From positions 1 through 32,000 of the forward strand of contig PBAU01000011.1 of assembly GCA_002716355.1 (NCBI GenBank): a DNA stretch of 32,000 bases, read 5' to 3'. A model generated the notes under the pieces. The model saw nothing but the letters and a program-made list of their open reading frames with translations, did not search any database and was not told the origin of the DNA. Source of the DNA: a bacterium (GTDB lineage: Bacteria > UBP7 > UBA6624). Positions 1 to 8,198 of the stretch are shown here, in pieces (the stretch's first letter is position 1; the number at the start of each line of letters is the position of its first letter). Position numbers and translations under genes: made by a program.

Positions 1-1097
1 AAAGAGGTTTTACTCTTATTGAACTTTTGGTGGTTATAACAATCATCGGAATTCTTGTTGCTTTAGCACTTCCAAACTTCATCAAGGCCAAAGATAAGGC
101 TTTAGAAGCAGAAGTAAAGAGCAACTTACACAGCATACAGATCTCATTGGAGAGATATGCTACTGACAATGATGGGATGTATCCAGCATATATATTTGGA
201 GGCTCTTTGCTTTCATGGAGATGTGCATTTGGACATGGGTGTACACATAGAATGAGTCGTCAGGCCCATCATAACGCTCAACATTATTATGGTGTTCCTG
301 AGACATTAATTAATGATGGCTATTTGTCAATCTATCCTAGAAACCCTTTTATAAGATCAGGAAAATCAATCTGTGACCTGACAGGAAGTGATCCAAGGTT
401 TGGTTGTGTACCAGATGGAAATTCGGACAATCCTTTGACTACAGCTATGTCCGACAGTGGCAACGTGATGGCTAACATTTTGTCAGATCCAAATTTTAAA
501 GGACCCGGAATGCCTGAAAATTTGAATTTTGGTGGTGAGTTAGGAACATGGAGTCCCAATTGGACCGCAGGAGGATCAATGCCTTATTATTTTATAGGAG
601 ATGGCGATCCAAAAACAAAAGATTTTATCCCAGGATCTTTTATCTACAGGAGTTTAGGTTCTAGCGCAGGTGACTTGAGGCAATGGGCTGATAGAACATC
701 GAGTGGCCAATTAGTTCTTCCCAGCATGTATGAATCATATGTACTTTCTGCTTATGGTTCGGAAAGGTCTGTAGGCAAGGATTATCTTCATTGTCTCGAT
801 ATGACAATTCGCTCTGGTGGAAATGGTTTTTCTATGTATCCTGGAGAACCTGGCCAAACGTGTGTTAAGGGAAGAGGTTTTAATCCAATGGCATTGGCAA
901 ATTTTGAGCCAAACTATGGAACAGGTGATGTTGATGGTGACGGTTATCCTGATACTGTTCCCAATGTTATTTTTGCTAGGCTTGATTCTTCTTTGGTTGC
1001 GGGATCAAATTACTCACCTACGAACGCTGACGGACAGACAGACGGTTTGTTGATTTACTTCGCATCCGGTGTTGACCAATCAGTTGGCATTGATTAG
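1..1097 (+). CDS. Prepilin-type N-terminal methylation-domain protein, GspG/PulG-like (pseudo)pilin with long C-terminal extension; 5' end lies off-window
   Basis: The frame continuing from nt 3 reads RGFTLIELLVVITIIGILVALALPNF, i.e. the class III signal-peptide motif G/FTLIE plus a hydrophobic alpha-1 helix. It continues KAKDKALEAEVKSNLHSIQISLERYATDNDGMYP, resembling the T2SS-G pilin core. The frame is open to TAG 1095-1097. The ORF-track TTG at 27 is internal to this frame. Confidence 0.8.
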   Translation, partial: RGFTLIELLVVITIIGILVALALPNFIKAKDKALEAEVKSNLHSIQISLERYATDNDGMYPAYIFGGSLLSWRCAFGHGCTHRMSRQAHHNAQHYYGVPETLINDGYLSIYPRNPFIRSGKSICDLTGSDPRFGCVPDGNSDNPLTTAMSDSGNVMANILSDPNFKGPGMPENLNFGGELGTWSPNWTAGGSMPYYFIGDGDPKTKDFIPGSFIYRSLGSSAGDLRQWADRTSSGQLVLPSMYESYVLSAYGSERSVGKDYLHCLDMTIRSGGNGFSMYPGEPGQTCVKGRGFNPMALANFEPNYGTGDVDGDGYPDTVPNVIFARLDSSLVAGSNYSPTNADGQTDGLLIYFASGVDQSVGID

Positions 1098-1136
1098 ATT
1101 TTTACTTGTATATAATTGTTTTGGAGGTTTTTAATT

Positions 1137-2246
1137 ATGGTAATTTCAGCAAATGATTTATTGCAAATGACGGTTGATAGGGATGCTTCTGATTTGCATA
1201 TAGGCACAGAACGCCCTCCCTATATGAGGATTGATGGCTCTTTAAAGCCAACAGAATTGCCTATTTTGACTGAAGCAGATGTTCTCAAATTAGGCCGTGA
1301 ACTCTTAACTGCTAAAAGGGAACATGTTCTTGAAGAGCATGATGAGTATGATTTTTCCTATCAGCTGCCAAATGCTGAAGGTAGATTCCGTGTAAACTTT
1401 TTCAGACAAAAAGGAACTCCTGCTTTTGCAATTCGTTTCATTAAACCTGAAGTGCCTTCTTTTGACCAATTGAAACTTCCCCATGCAATTGCTAATTTAT
1501 GGCATCTAAAAAGAGGTATAGCGATAGTTACAGGGACTACAGGTTCAGGAAAATCAACAACCTTAGCTGCATTGTTGTCAAAAATCAATGAAGAAAGAAG
1601 TGATCACATATTAACCCTTGAGGATCCTATTGAATACAGTCTCTTCGACAGAAAGTCAATTGTTAACCAAAGGGAAATAGGTCTCGATACAGATGATTTT
1701 GGTTCTGGCTTGAAGGTTGCGATGCGTGAAGACCCTGATGTTATTCTTATTGGTGAAATGAGAGACCAGGAAACGATTTCTGCTGCACTTAAAGCCGGGA
1801 TCACAGGACACCTTGTTTTCTCCACATTGCATACATTGAATGTTGTACAAACAATTAACAGAATTATTGAGTATTTCCCTGCTGATTTCCAACAGCAAAT
1901 AAAAATCATGTTAGGAACAACTCTGCAAGCAATTATTTCGCAGAGATTGTTGCCCAGGATTGGTGGAGGTAGGGTTCCTGCATGTGAAATTTTGATTTGT
2001 AATGCAAGAGTTTCTGAGAAGATTTCAGAAGAGCCTGAATTATCAATGCTCAATACAATCATGGAAGAAGATGAGCTGGACGGAATGCAAACATTTGACC
2101 AACATCTTTTGGAGCTTTATACCAGCCAGAAGATAGAACATGACACTGCACTTGCTGCAGCAACCAGTCCACATGATTTCAAAATTCTTTTACAAAGAGC
2201 TTCTGGTGTAAGAAAGGCTAAAAATACTTATACTGGCGGCTTGTAG
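1137..2246 (+). CDS. pilT: PilT/PilU-family type IV pilus retraction ATPase
   Basis: Walker A GTTGSGKSTT, Asp box/Walker B DPDVILIGEMRD, His box TGHLVFSTLHT, and a C-terminal GMQTFDQHLLELY segment. Length is ~369 aa. GGAGG at 1123-1127 lies 9 nt before ATG 1137, so the ORF-track TTG at 1116 is less likely. Confidence 0.85.
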   Translation: MVISANDLLQMTVDRDASDLHIGTERPPYMRIDGSLKPTELPILTEADVLKLGRELLTAKREHVLEEHDEYDFSYQLPNAEGRFRVNFFRQKGTPAFAIRFIKPEVPSFDQLKLPHAIANLWHLKRGIAIVTGTTGSGKSTTLAALLSKINEERSDHILTLEDPIEYSLFDRKSIVNQREIGLDTDDFGSGLKVAMREDPDVILIGEMRDQETISAALKAGITGHLVFSTLHTLNVVQTINRIIEYFPADFQQQIKIMLGTTLQAIISQRLLPRIGGGRVPACEILICNARVSEKISEEPELSMLNTIMEEDELDGMQTFDQHLLELYTSQKIEHDTALAAATSPHDFKILLQRASGVRKAKNTYTGGL

Positions 2247-2255
2247 TTTGTTACA

Positions 2256-2837
2256 TTGAATGTTTTGAATAGAGATTATGAGGATCCTATAAAAAAGATC
2301 CAGGAAAAAATTGACAAAGTTCCAAGCAAATTAACAGAGTTGCAAGAAGAAGTTTTCAGGTTAACGACAGAAAACGCAAAACATAAGGAAGTTGCGAAAG
2401 CTTTTGCATTCATTAGTTTATGGACTGAAAGCCTCTTGAAGGGAGATTTAGAAAGAAAGGATACATTGTTTGAGCTAGCATCCTTTTTGAAATTAAAACA
2501 TTTGGTTTTATGGCAAGAGAAAGATGAGTTGATGCATCCTGTGTTCCAGTTCAGTTCCGCAAAAAAAATAAATTTAGAGCCTTTACGCATAGGTAAAGAG
2601 ATTGCAGGCTCGACTAACGTTATTGGCAAGATAAGGATTTTTGATTTGGAGGATTGCTCAATAGCCGTTAAAGAGAATGTTTGGACCCAAGGAAAAACTT
2701 TGATATCTATTCCAGTCAAAACCAAAACAGATTCTTATGTTTTAGAAGCATGTGATTTTTTTGATGGTATGCCTTTGAAAAAACAAACATTTGAGGTTTT
2801 AGAGATTCTTGCTCCCTGGGCAGTTTTAGGCAAGTGA
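2256..2837 (+). CDS. Hypothetical protein (coiled-coil N-terminus; possible GAF-like C-terminal fold, weak)
   Basis: A 193-codon ORF with protein-like K/E-rich composition lies 9 nt after the pilT stop. The only in-frame start near the 5' end is TTG 2256. Its stop overlaps the next ORF (GTGA at 2834-2837). The antisense ORF 2276-2725 has S/F/L-rich shadow composition. Confidence 0.55.
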   Translation: MNVLNRDYEDPIKKIQEKIDKVPSKLTELQEEVFRLTTENAKHKEVAKAFAFISLWTESLLKGDLERKDTLFELASFLKLKHLVLWQEKDELMHPVFQFSSAKKINLEPLRIGKEIAGSTNVIGKIRIFDLEDCSIAVKENVWTQGKTLISIPVKTKTDSYVLEACDFFDGMPLKKQTFEVLEILAPWAVLGK

Positions 2838-3946
2838 ACTTTATTGGAATGAGCCAAGCAAGAAGGCATGACATTGACGCTCTTAGGGTCATCGCTATTG
2901 GATTGTTGATTATTTACCATATCACAATTGTTTTTCAACCCTGGGGCTCTCTTATACCTGGCTTTTTTCAAAATCAAGATTCAATAGAACTGCTTTGGAT
3001 TTTTTCTGGATTGATTAATGTCTGGAGGATTCCAATTTTGTTTGTTATTTCAGGAATGGGGGTTGCATTTTCTATACAAAAGCGTAGTTTTAAAGAATTG
3101 ATCTTAGAGAGATCTCTAAGGATATTGTTACCATTGATTTTTGGAAGCATGATAATTACATCGCTAGGTTTTGATTTTTTATTGATGAGCAAAGATCCGG
3201 ATCATGTTATTTTTTCGAGATATTTTGTAGAGCCTGGTCATTTGTGGTTTTTAGGGAATATATTTTTATACAGTATTTTAAGTGCCCCCTTTTTGTTCTA
3301 TCTTAAGAGGAATTCAGATTCATTTATTGCTAGATCAGTGAAGTTTTTAACAGGCAATATGTATGGCTTGATAGCGTTGGTGGTTTTATTTATTTTAGAA
3401 GCTGAAATATTTGTTGAATCTTGGAGGTTTGGAAATGTTCCTTTTGAGCTTTATGCAGGGTCTCTTCATGGTTTTTTGATGGGTTGGTTATGCTTTTTGA
3501 GTGGTTTTATTTTTATTTTTTCAGGCAATAATTTTTGGAATATTGTTAGATCATATAAACAAAACATGCTTGCTTGTGCTGCATTTTTATATTTGATTAG
3601 ATTTAGTAGCGTGTTGGGTGATGTTATGGTTAATCCACCTTGGTTAATGGCCGTTGAATCTTGCATGTGGATGTTTTCAATTTTTGGTTATTCTCACTCT
3701 TGCTTGAATCAAAAAAATAAGTTATTTTCCTATCTTGCTCCAGCTGCTTATCCGGTATATATTACACACATGTTATTCACGAATATTGCATGTTTCTTTG
3801 TGATACCAATGGAAATCAATGCTCTTTTCAAGTTCTTCCTGATTGTTTTATTGACTTTTTCAGGCTGTTTGCTGTCTTATGAATTTTTGATAAGTAGGTC
3901 TAAGGTATTGAGGCCTTTATTTGGTTTAAAAATGAACACAAATTAA
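2834..3946 (+). CDS. Acyltransferase family 3 (OafA/OpgC-like) integral membrane protein
   Basis: The N-terminal RRHDIDALRVIAIGLLIIYH matches the opening motif of acyltransferase-3 proteins. About 10 hydrophobic segments follow. The start is GTG 2834 (overlapping the previous stop) or ATG 2849. Confidence 0.7.
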   Translation: MNFIGMSQARRHDIDALRVIAIGLLIIYHITIVFQPWGSLIPGFFQNQDSIELLWIFSGLINVWRIPILFVISGMGVAFSIQKRSFKELILERSLRILLPLIFGSMIITSLGFDFLLMSKDPDHVIFSRYFVEPGHLWFLGNIFLYSILSAPFLFYLKRNSDSFIARSVKFLTGNMYGLIALVVLFILEAEIFVESWRFGNVPFELYAGSLHGFLMGWLCFLSGFIFIFSGNNFWNIVRSYKQNMLACAAFLYLIRFSSVLGDVMVNPPWLMAVESCMWMFSIFGYSHSCLNQKNKLFSYLAPAAYPVYITHMLFTNIACFFVIPMEINALFKFFLIVLLTFSGCLLSYEFLISRSKVLRPLFGLKMNTN

Positions 3947-3977
3947 CATTTCCTCATATAATGGTAAGGTTTTGAAA

Positions 3978-6900
3978 ATGAAATTAATTAGATTGTTTTA
4001 CCTTGCTTGTTTAGTTTTTTGTTTTTCCAGCTGTGACGGAGGTGATTCTTCAGATCCTGTTGGAGGGGGTACTGGTGGTGGTAACACCGGTATAGGCGGC
4101 GGCGGAGGCGGCGGCGTTTCCAGTTCAGATTTGGTTGTTATATCTTCAACCGGAGACCCCAACCCAGGTGCAATAATTTTTTTGAAAGCAGTTTCAAATG
4201 CAATAGACAACATTAATTATGAGTGGACAAGCAGCTGTATTGACGTTGAGTTTTACCCTAATGATGATGGTTTGATGCTGAGTGAGGAAAATTCAACATC
4301 AAATATAGTCTGGATGAAGGTGCCAAATAGTACCAATCACAACTGTATAGTTAGAGCTGATGGAACAAGTCCATCAATGAGTTATTCTGGTTTTGGAACA
4401 ATCAACACAAGACCAAATTACACTTCTGATTGGCTATCTTATCAGGGTTCTCCTGAAAACACAGGTCGAGCTTCAAGTGGTGACCTGGGTCCACCTCCTT
4501 CAGATTTGAATCAAGTTTGGAAGCTATCTGGAGACAACCCTGGACCTGTATCTCCAGCTTTATCATCAGAAGGTGCTGGTGGTCGAGTTATTATTTCAGA
4601 AGCTGAAGGTTTAACCCGTGCTTTTGATGCGAATAGTGGAAATCAATTATGGGCTGAACAACTTTCAGAAAACATGATTGGGAATCCTGTTATAGGTGAT
4701 GGAACAATTATGGTTGCATCTCAAACAGGCACAATAAAAGCTTTAGATTTAGCTTCTGGAAGTTATTTATGGGGTACAAATATAGGTAGTTCTATATCTG
4801 GTACTCCGGCTTACTCCTATGGTATTCTTGTTGTTGGCACGCTTTCAGGAAAATTAGTTGGTTTGACATCTAATTCCTGTTTAACATGTGGAACAAATAG
4901 AATTTTATGGGAAACAGAGCTTCAGGGAAGAATCGTGGGTGGAGTTTCTATTTTTGATGGTATCGTCGGAGATAATGCTGCACTTTCTGATCTTAATGAT
5001 GCTACTGCTTTTGTTGGTACTGACGCTGGCTATCTTTATGCAGTTAGGCTTTCTGATGGTCAGGTGATGCATACATGGAATACTTCAGATGCAATCACCA
5101 CCACTCCTGCAGTTTTTCTTTTAGGTGCACAGCCAACTGTTGCAGTTGCAACTGAAGGTGGAGATGTCTGGATGTGGGATGCTGTTGACCCTTATGAAGA
5201 CTCCACGTCTTTAAATCCATTCTTTTCAACAAATTCACCTGTTGTAACTTCCCCTGTTTATTTTGAAGGAGATCTATATTTCTTCTTAAGAGACAGTAGG
5301 GTTATTGCTGTTGATCCCGGTGCTGAATCTTTGATAGAAAGTACTTTTCTTCCTAATGCAAGTCCTGATGCTCAAAATTTAACCTGTTTGAATACGCCAG
5401 CTGTTTCAGCTAGTTCAACTTCTTACCCATACCTTTACATGACATGTTTTGAGATAATTGTTGAACCTGATCCTTTTACTTTTGGCATTCCTAGAGGTTT
5501 GCTTTTGCTGCTTTCAAGGAATGATACGACTGGCGAGATAGAAGAACTTGAACGTTACCCTATTGGAACTGACCAGATGAACGCTGGTCAAAACAGTACT
5601 TCAGATCCGATAATCTCTTCTCCTTCAGTTATGGGCGGTAAAGTGTTCTTTACAGGTCAGGATGGCTCTGTGTATGCACTAGGCCAGGAACCATCTTTTG
5701 ATTTTGGTGATTCTCCACTGGTTTGGGCAAGCAAGAGAGGCAATTCTGGCTCTACTGGTTTTTATGGTGCAGGTCCTGGAATGGGTTCTGTTCAGGAGAG
5801 ATGGAATTATCGAATGCCTGCTGGCGTTTCTGCATCTCCATCCATCTCAAATGGAACTTTGTGGCTAGGTGATCTAGATGGTAATCTAGTTGGTTTGAGA
5901 GCTGCAGATGGCATGTATCGTTTTTCTTACAATATTGGTGGAAATGAAATATTAACGACTCCAATCCTTATGGATAATGGCCTTGTTTGGGCGACCAGCC
6001 TAACCGGCCTGGGATATCTTTTGAAAGAAAATGGAGATCAGTTAGAAGAAGTTGGTAGATTGAGCGTGATGCTTAAAGATAGATGGGAACAAAGATTTTC
6101 AAATGATAGTGTTAACCTTTCGAGAAAACTAAGCTCCAACTCTTCTGCTTATGATTCTGTTAATAGAGTTATCTATATCCCAATGATTAACAATTGCGAA
6201 TTTGATGGAGGGTCTTTCAGCCTATGTGACGGTGTTCACTGGAGTCAAGATTTAGAAATGGAACCTTCAGATGATTTGATGATTGGCCAGCTGATGGTTG
6301 ACGATCTCAACAACATTTCTTTAAACAAGATAGAAGTTGGTTTGAGCATTACGCAACAAGCTTTCTTCAATACCAGCTTGGGAATTCATACTCATGCAGG
6401 AAAGACTTATCTGGTTGCTGGTTACTATGCTGGCGGTGCTGGAAGGGTAACCGCTTGGGATGTTTCAGATCCGGAAAATGTTTTGCCATTATGGGGCGGT
6501 TCTGTTCTTTTAGGCAATGGTGAGTTTCCTACCGGTGTTCCAACCTTTATTGAGAACAGAGTTCTTTTTGGAACTACAAATGGATCTCTTTGGGTTTTGA
6601 ATCTTGAATCAGAAGGTGGTTTTGACAAAAGCATACAGCTTGGTTTTGGCAGTATCACTAATTCAATAAGTGTTTCCTTTAACGAGAATAACAATGAAGG
6701 TTTTATTTTTGCACCGATAGAAAATGGAAGACTTGTTGCACAACCATTTATTATGGCTAATGATATATGGGATTTCAATGGTACAAGTTTAGATGGCTGG
6801 AATAATGCTGCTAATGATTTTGTAAGATCTTCCTTAGCTTTAGATGAAGAGCATGGGGTTATTTATATTGGCGGAGATGATGGTAACTTGTTTAGATACG

Positions 6901-7031
6901 AAAAGGACAGTGGTTTCAGGCTAGCTGGAACAATACAAACTGGATCTCCGATTTTTGCTTCGCCAATTATTGTTGGGGGATATGTTTTCCTTGTTGACTC
7001 TTCTGGTCTTTTATCAGTTTATTCACCATAG
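3978..7031 (+). CDS. Large lipoprotein with multiple PQQ/BamB-like beta-propeller repeats
   Basis: ATG 3978 opens MKLIRLFYLACLVFCFSSC, a signal peptide plus lipobox-like FSSC. This is followed by the acidic CDGGDSSD and a Gly-rich linker. Blade-like motifs recur, e.g. TRAFDANSGNQLWAEQ, IKALDLASGSYLWGT, LYAVRLSDGQVMHTW, LVGLRAADGMYRFSY, LWVLNLESEGG, LFRYEKDSGFRLAG. Confidence 0.7.
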   Translation: MKLIRLFYLACLVFCFSSCDGGDSSDPVGGGTGGGNTGIGGGGGGGVSSSDLVVISSTGDPNPGAIIFLKAVSNAIDNINYEWTSSCIDVEFYPNDDGLMLSEENSTSNIVWMKVPNSTNHNCIVRADGTSPSMSYSGFGTINTRPNYTSDWLSYQGSPENTGRASSGDLGPPPSDLNQVWKLSGDNPGPVSPALSSEGAGGRVIISEAEGLTRAFDANSGNQLWAEQLSENMIGNPVIGDGTIMVASQTGTIKALDLASGSYLWGTNIGSSISGTPAYSYGILVVGTLSGKLVGLTSNSCLTCGTNRILWETELQGRIVGGVSIFDGIVGDNAALSDLNDATAFVGTDAGYLYAVRLSDGQVMHTWNTSDAITTTPAVFLLGAQPTVAVATEGGDVWMWDAVDPYEDSTSLNPFFSTNSPVVTSPVYFEGDLYFFLRDSRVIAVDPGAESLIESTFLPNASPDAQNLTCLNTPAVSASSTSYPYLYMTCFEIIVEPDPFTFGIPRGLLLLLSRNDTTGEIEELERYPIGTDQMNAGQNSTSDPIISSPSVMGGKVFFTGQDGSVYALGQEPSFDFGDSPLVWASKRGNSGSTGFYGAGPGMGSVQERWNYRMPAGVSASPSISNGTLWLGDLDGNLVGLRAADGMYRFSYNIGGNEILTTPILMDNGLVWATSLTGLGYLLKENGDQLEEVGRLSVMLKDRWEQRFSNDSVNLSRKLSSNSSAYDSVNRVIYIPMINNCEFDGGSFSLCDGVHWSQDLEMEPSDDLMIGQLMVDDLNNISLNKIEVGLSITQQAFFNTSLGIHTHAGKTYLVAGYYAGGAGRVTAWDVSDPENVLPLWGGSVLLGNGEFPTGVPTFIENRVLFGTTNGSLWVLNLESEGGFDKSIQLGFGSITNSISVSFNENNNEGFIFAPIENGRLVAQPFIMANDIWDFNGTSLDGWNNAANDFVRSSLALDEEHGVIYIGGDDGNLFRYEKDSGFRLAGTIQTGSPIFASPIIVGGYVFLVDSSGLLSVYSP
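4095..4115 (+). repeat. GGC-rich trinucleotide tract (ggcggcggcggaggcggcggc) encoding a poly-Gly linker
   Basis: Read directly from the sequence. It is the most GC-rich tract I noticed in protein-coding sequence and lies just after the lipobox Cys of the propeller lipoprotein. Confidence 0.9.
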
Positions 7032-7041
7032 TTTAATATTC

Positions 7042-7113
7042 GCCAGCGTAGCTCAGTGGTAGAGCTGCGGTTTTGTAAACCGTAGGTCGGGGGTTCGAAT
7101 CCCTCCGCTGGCT
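7042..7113 (+). tRNA. tRNA-Thr (anticodon UGU)
   Basis: Folds as a cloverleaf. Acceptor stem GCCAGCG/CGCTGGC is 7 perfect bp. D arm is GCTC-AGTGGTA-GAGC. Anticodon stem GCGGT/ACCGT carries the loop TTTGTAA (U33, TGT, A37). The variable loop is AGGTC and the T arm is GGGGG-TTCGAAT-CCCTC. The discriminator is T and no CCA is encoded. Confidence 0.92.
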
Positions 7114-7151
7114 ATTCCTAAATTCGTTATTCGAAAATAGAATTAGAGTTA

Positions 7152-8198
7152 ATGAAAGCTTTATTAAAAACATCCAAAAGAAAAGGTTTTGAGCTTGCAG
7201 AAACAAGCTTGCCAACACCAAAACAAAATGAAGTTTTATTAAAGGTGAAGGTTTCTACTATATGTGGTTCTGACTTACATTTATGGGAGTGGAACCAGTG
7301 GGCTGACGATTTTGTACCTAGGTTGCCGTTAGGTGTTGGCCATGAAACATGTGGTGAGATTGTTGATTGTGGAAGTGATGTTGATCTCCGTAAATCAAAT
7401 CTTAGAATTGGAGATTTGGTCTCTGTGGAAACACATTTGTTTTGTGGTGATTGTCCTCCTTGTAAAAACAACAAAAAACATCTTTGCTCAAATGGTGAAA
7501 TTTTAGGTTTCCATAAGAATGGATCTTTTGCAGAGTGGCTAACTGTCCCAGTTGATAATTGCTGGAAAGCTCGTCAGGGTACAGACCCCGTAACAGTTAG
7601 TTTAAAAGAGCCTTTAGGCAATGCCGTTCAAACAGTTATGGCACAACCTATAAAAGGTAAGACGGTATTGATAACAGGAGCAGGCCCATTGGGCCTTATG
7701 ACAATTGCTGCAGCAAGAGCTTTTGGTGCAGGTCAAATTTTTGTAAGTGAACTGCAGGAAGAAAGGAGAGAAAAAGCTCTTGGCCTAGGTGCTGATCATG
7801 TTATTGACCCAAAAAATCAAGATTTACATTCTTTTATCAAAGAAGAAACAAAAGGAAAAATGTTTGACGTTCTTCTTGAAATTTCAGGATCTAACCAAGC
7901 TTTAAATGATGGATTAACATCAATTTCCAATGGTGGATCGGTTGCGTTACTGGGACTGTTTCCATCAACTGTTAATTTATCCTTAAATGAAAACGTTATA
8001 TTTAAAGGTTTGGTTATTAATGGCATAACAGGTAGATTGATATGGGATACATGGAGCCAGGTTGACAGTTTAATCTATGAGAAGGGTTTTGATCCAAAAA
8101 AATTATTAACACATAGTTTTAAAATTGAAGAATATGAAAAAGCTTTTAGCTTAATGGAAAAAGGGGTTTCTGGAAAAATTGCATTATTTCCTAGATGA
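7152..8198 (+). CDS. tdh: L-threonine 3-dehydrogenase (Zn-dependent MDR family)
   Basis: N-terminus MKALLKTSKRKGFELAETSLP...ICGSDLHLWEWNQWA...GHETCGEIV parallels E. coli Tdh (MKALSKL...ICGTDVHIYNWDEW...GHEYVGEVV). The GAGPLG nucleotide-binding loop is present. It overlaps kbl by ATGA, the classical tdh-kbl pairing. Confidence 0.85.
   Translation: MKALLKTSKRKGFELAETSLPTPKQNEVLLKVKVSTICGSDLHLWEWNQWADDFVPRLPLGVGHETCGEIVDCGSDVDLRKSNLRIGDLVSVETHLFCGDCPPCKNNKKHLCSNGEILGFHKNGSFAEWLTVPVDNCWKARQGTDPVTVSLKEPLGNAVQTVMAQPIKGKTVLITGAGPLGLMTIAAARAFGAGQIFVSELQEERREKALGLGADHVIDPKNQDLHSFIKEETKGKMFDVLLEISGSNQALNDGLTSISNGGSVALLGLFPSTVNLSLNENVIFKGLVINGITGRLIWDTWSQVDSLIYEKGFDPKKLLTHSFKIEEYEKAFSLMEKGVSGKIALFPR

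Noticed and set aside
1604-2062. A 152-aa antisense ORF inside pilT, plus 1361-1588 and 1656-1898.
   Set aside because: pilT on the plus strand has all ATPase motifs. The antisense translations are Ser/Ile/Cys-rich shadow sequences without starts in a sensible context.
2276-2725. A 149-aa antisense ORF opposite the unknown gene 2256-2837.
   Set aside because: Its composition (S/F/L/N-rich, many Cys) looks like a shadow frame. The plus-strand frame has balanced, charged, protein-like composition and operon-consistent overlaps. Neither frame has a homology anchor, so this is a judgement call.
6425-6778. Other long shadow ORFs: 6425-6778(-), 16470-16880(-), 19944-20261(+), 31102-31512(+), 25204-25670(-), 26619-26927(-).
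   Set aside because: All lie antisense to genes with strong motif support (propeller protein, lysS, phnC/phnD, secA, purL) and have low-complexity shadow composition.
7042-7113. tRNA-Thr as the attachment site of a genomic island.
   Set aside because: I found no integrase, no direct repeat of the tRNA 3' end, and housekeeping genes on both sides with uniform composition.
7033-7474. Minus-strand ORFs 7033-7221 and 7127-7474.
   Set aside because: The first runs straight through the tRNA-Thr gene. The second is antisense to the well-supported tdh 5' region. Both are artefacts of the open frame.
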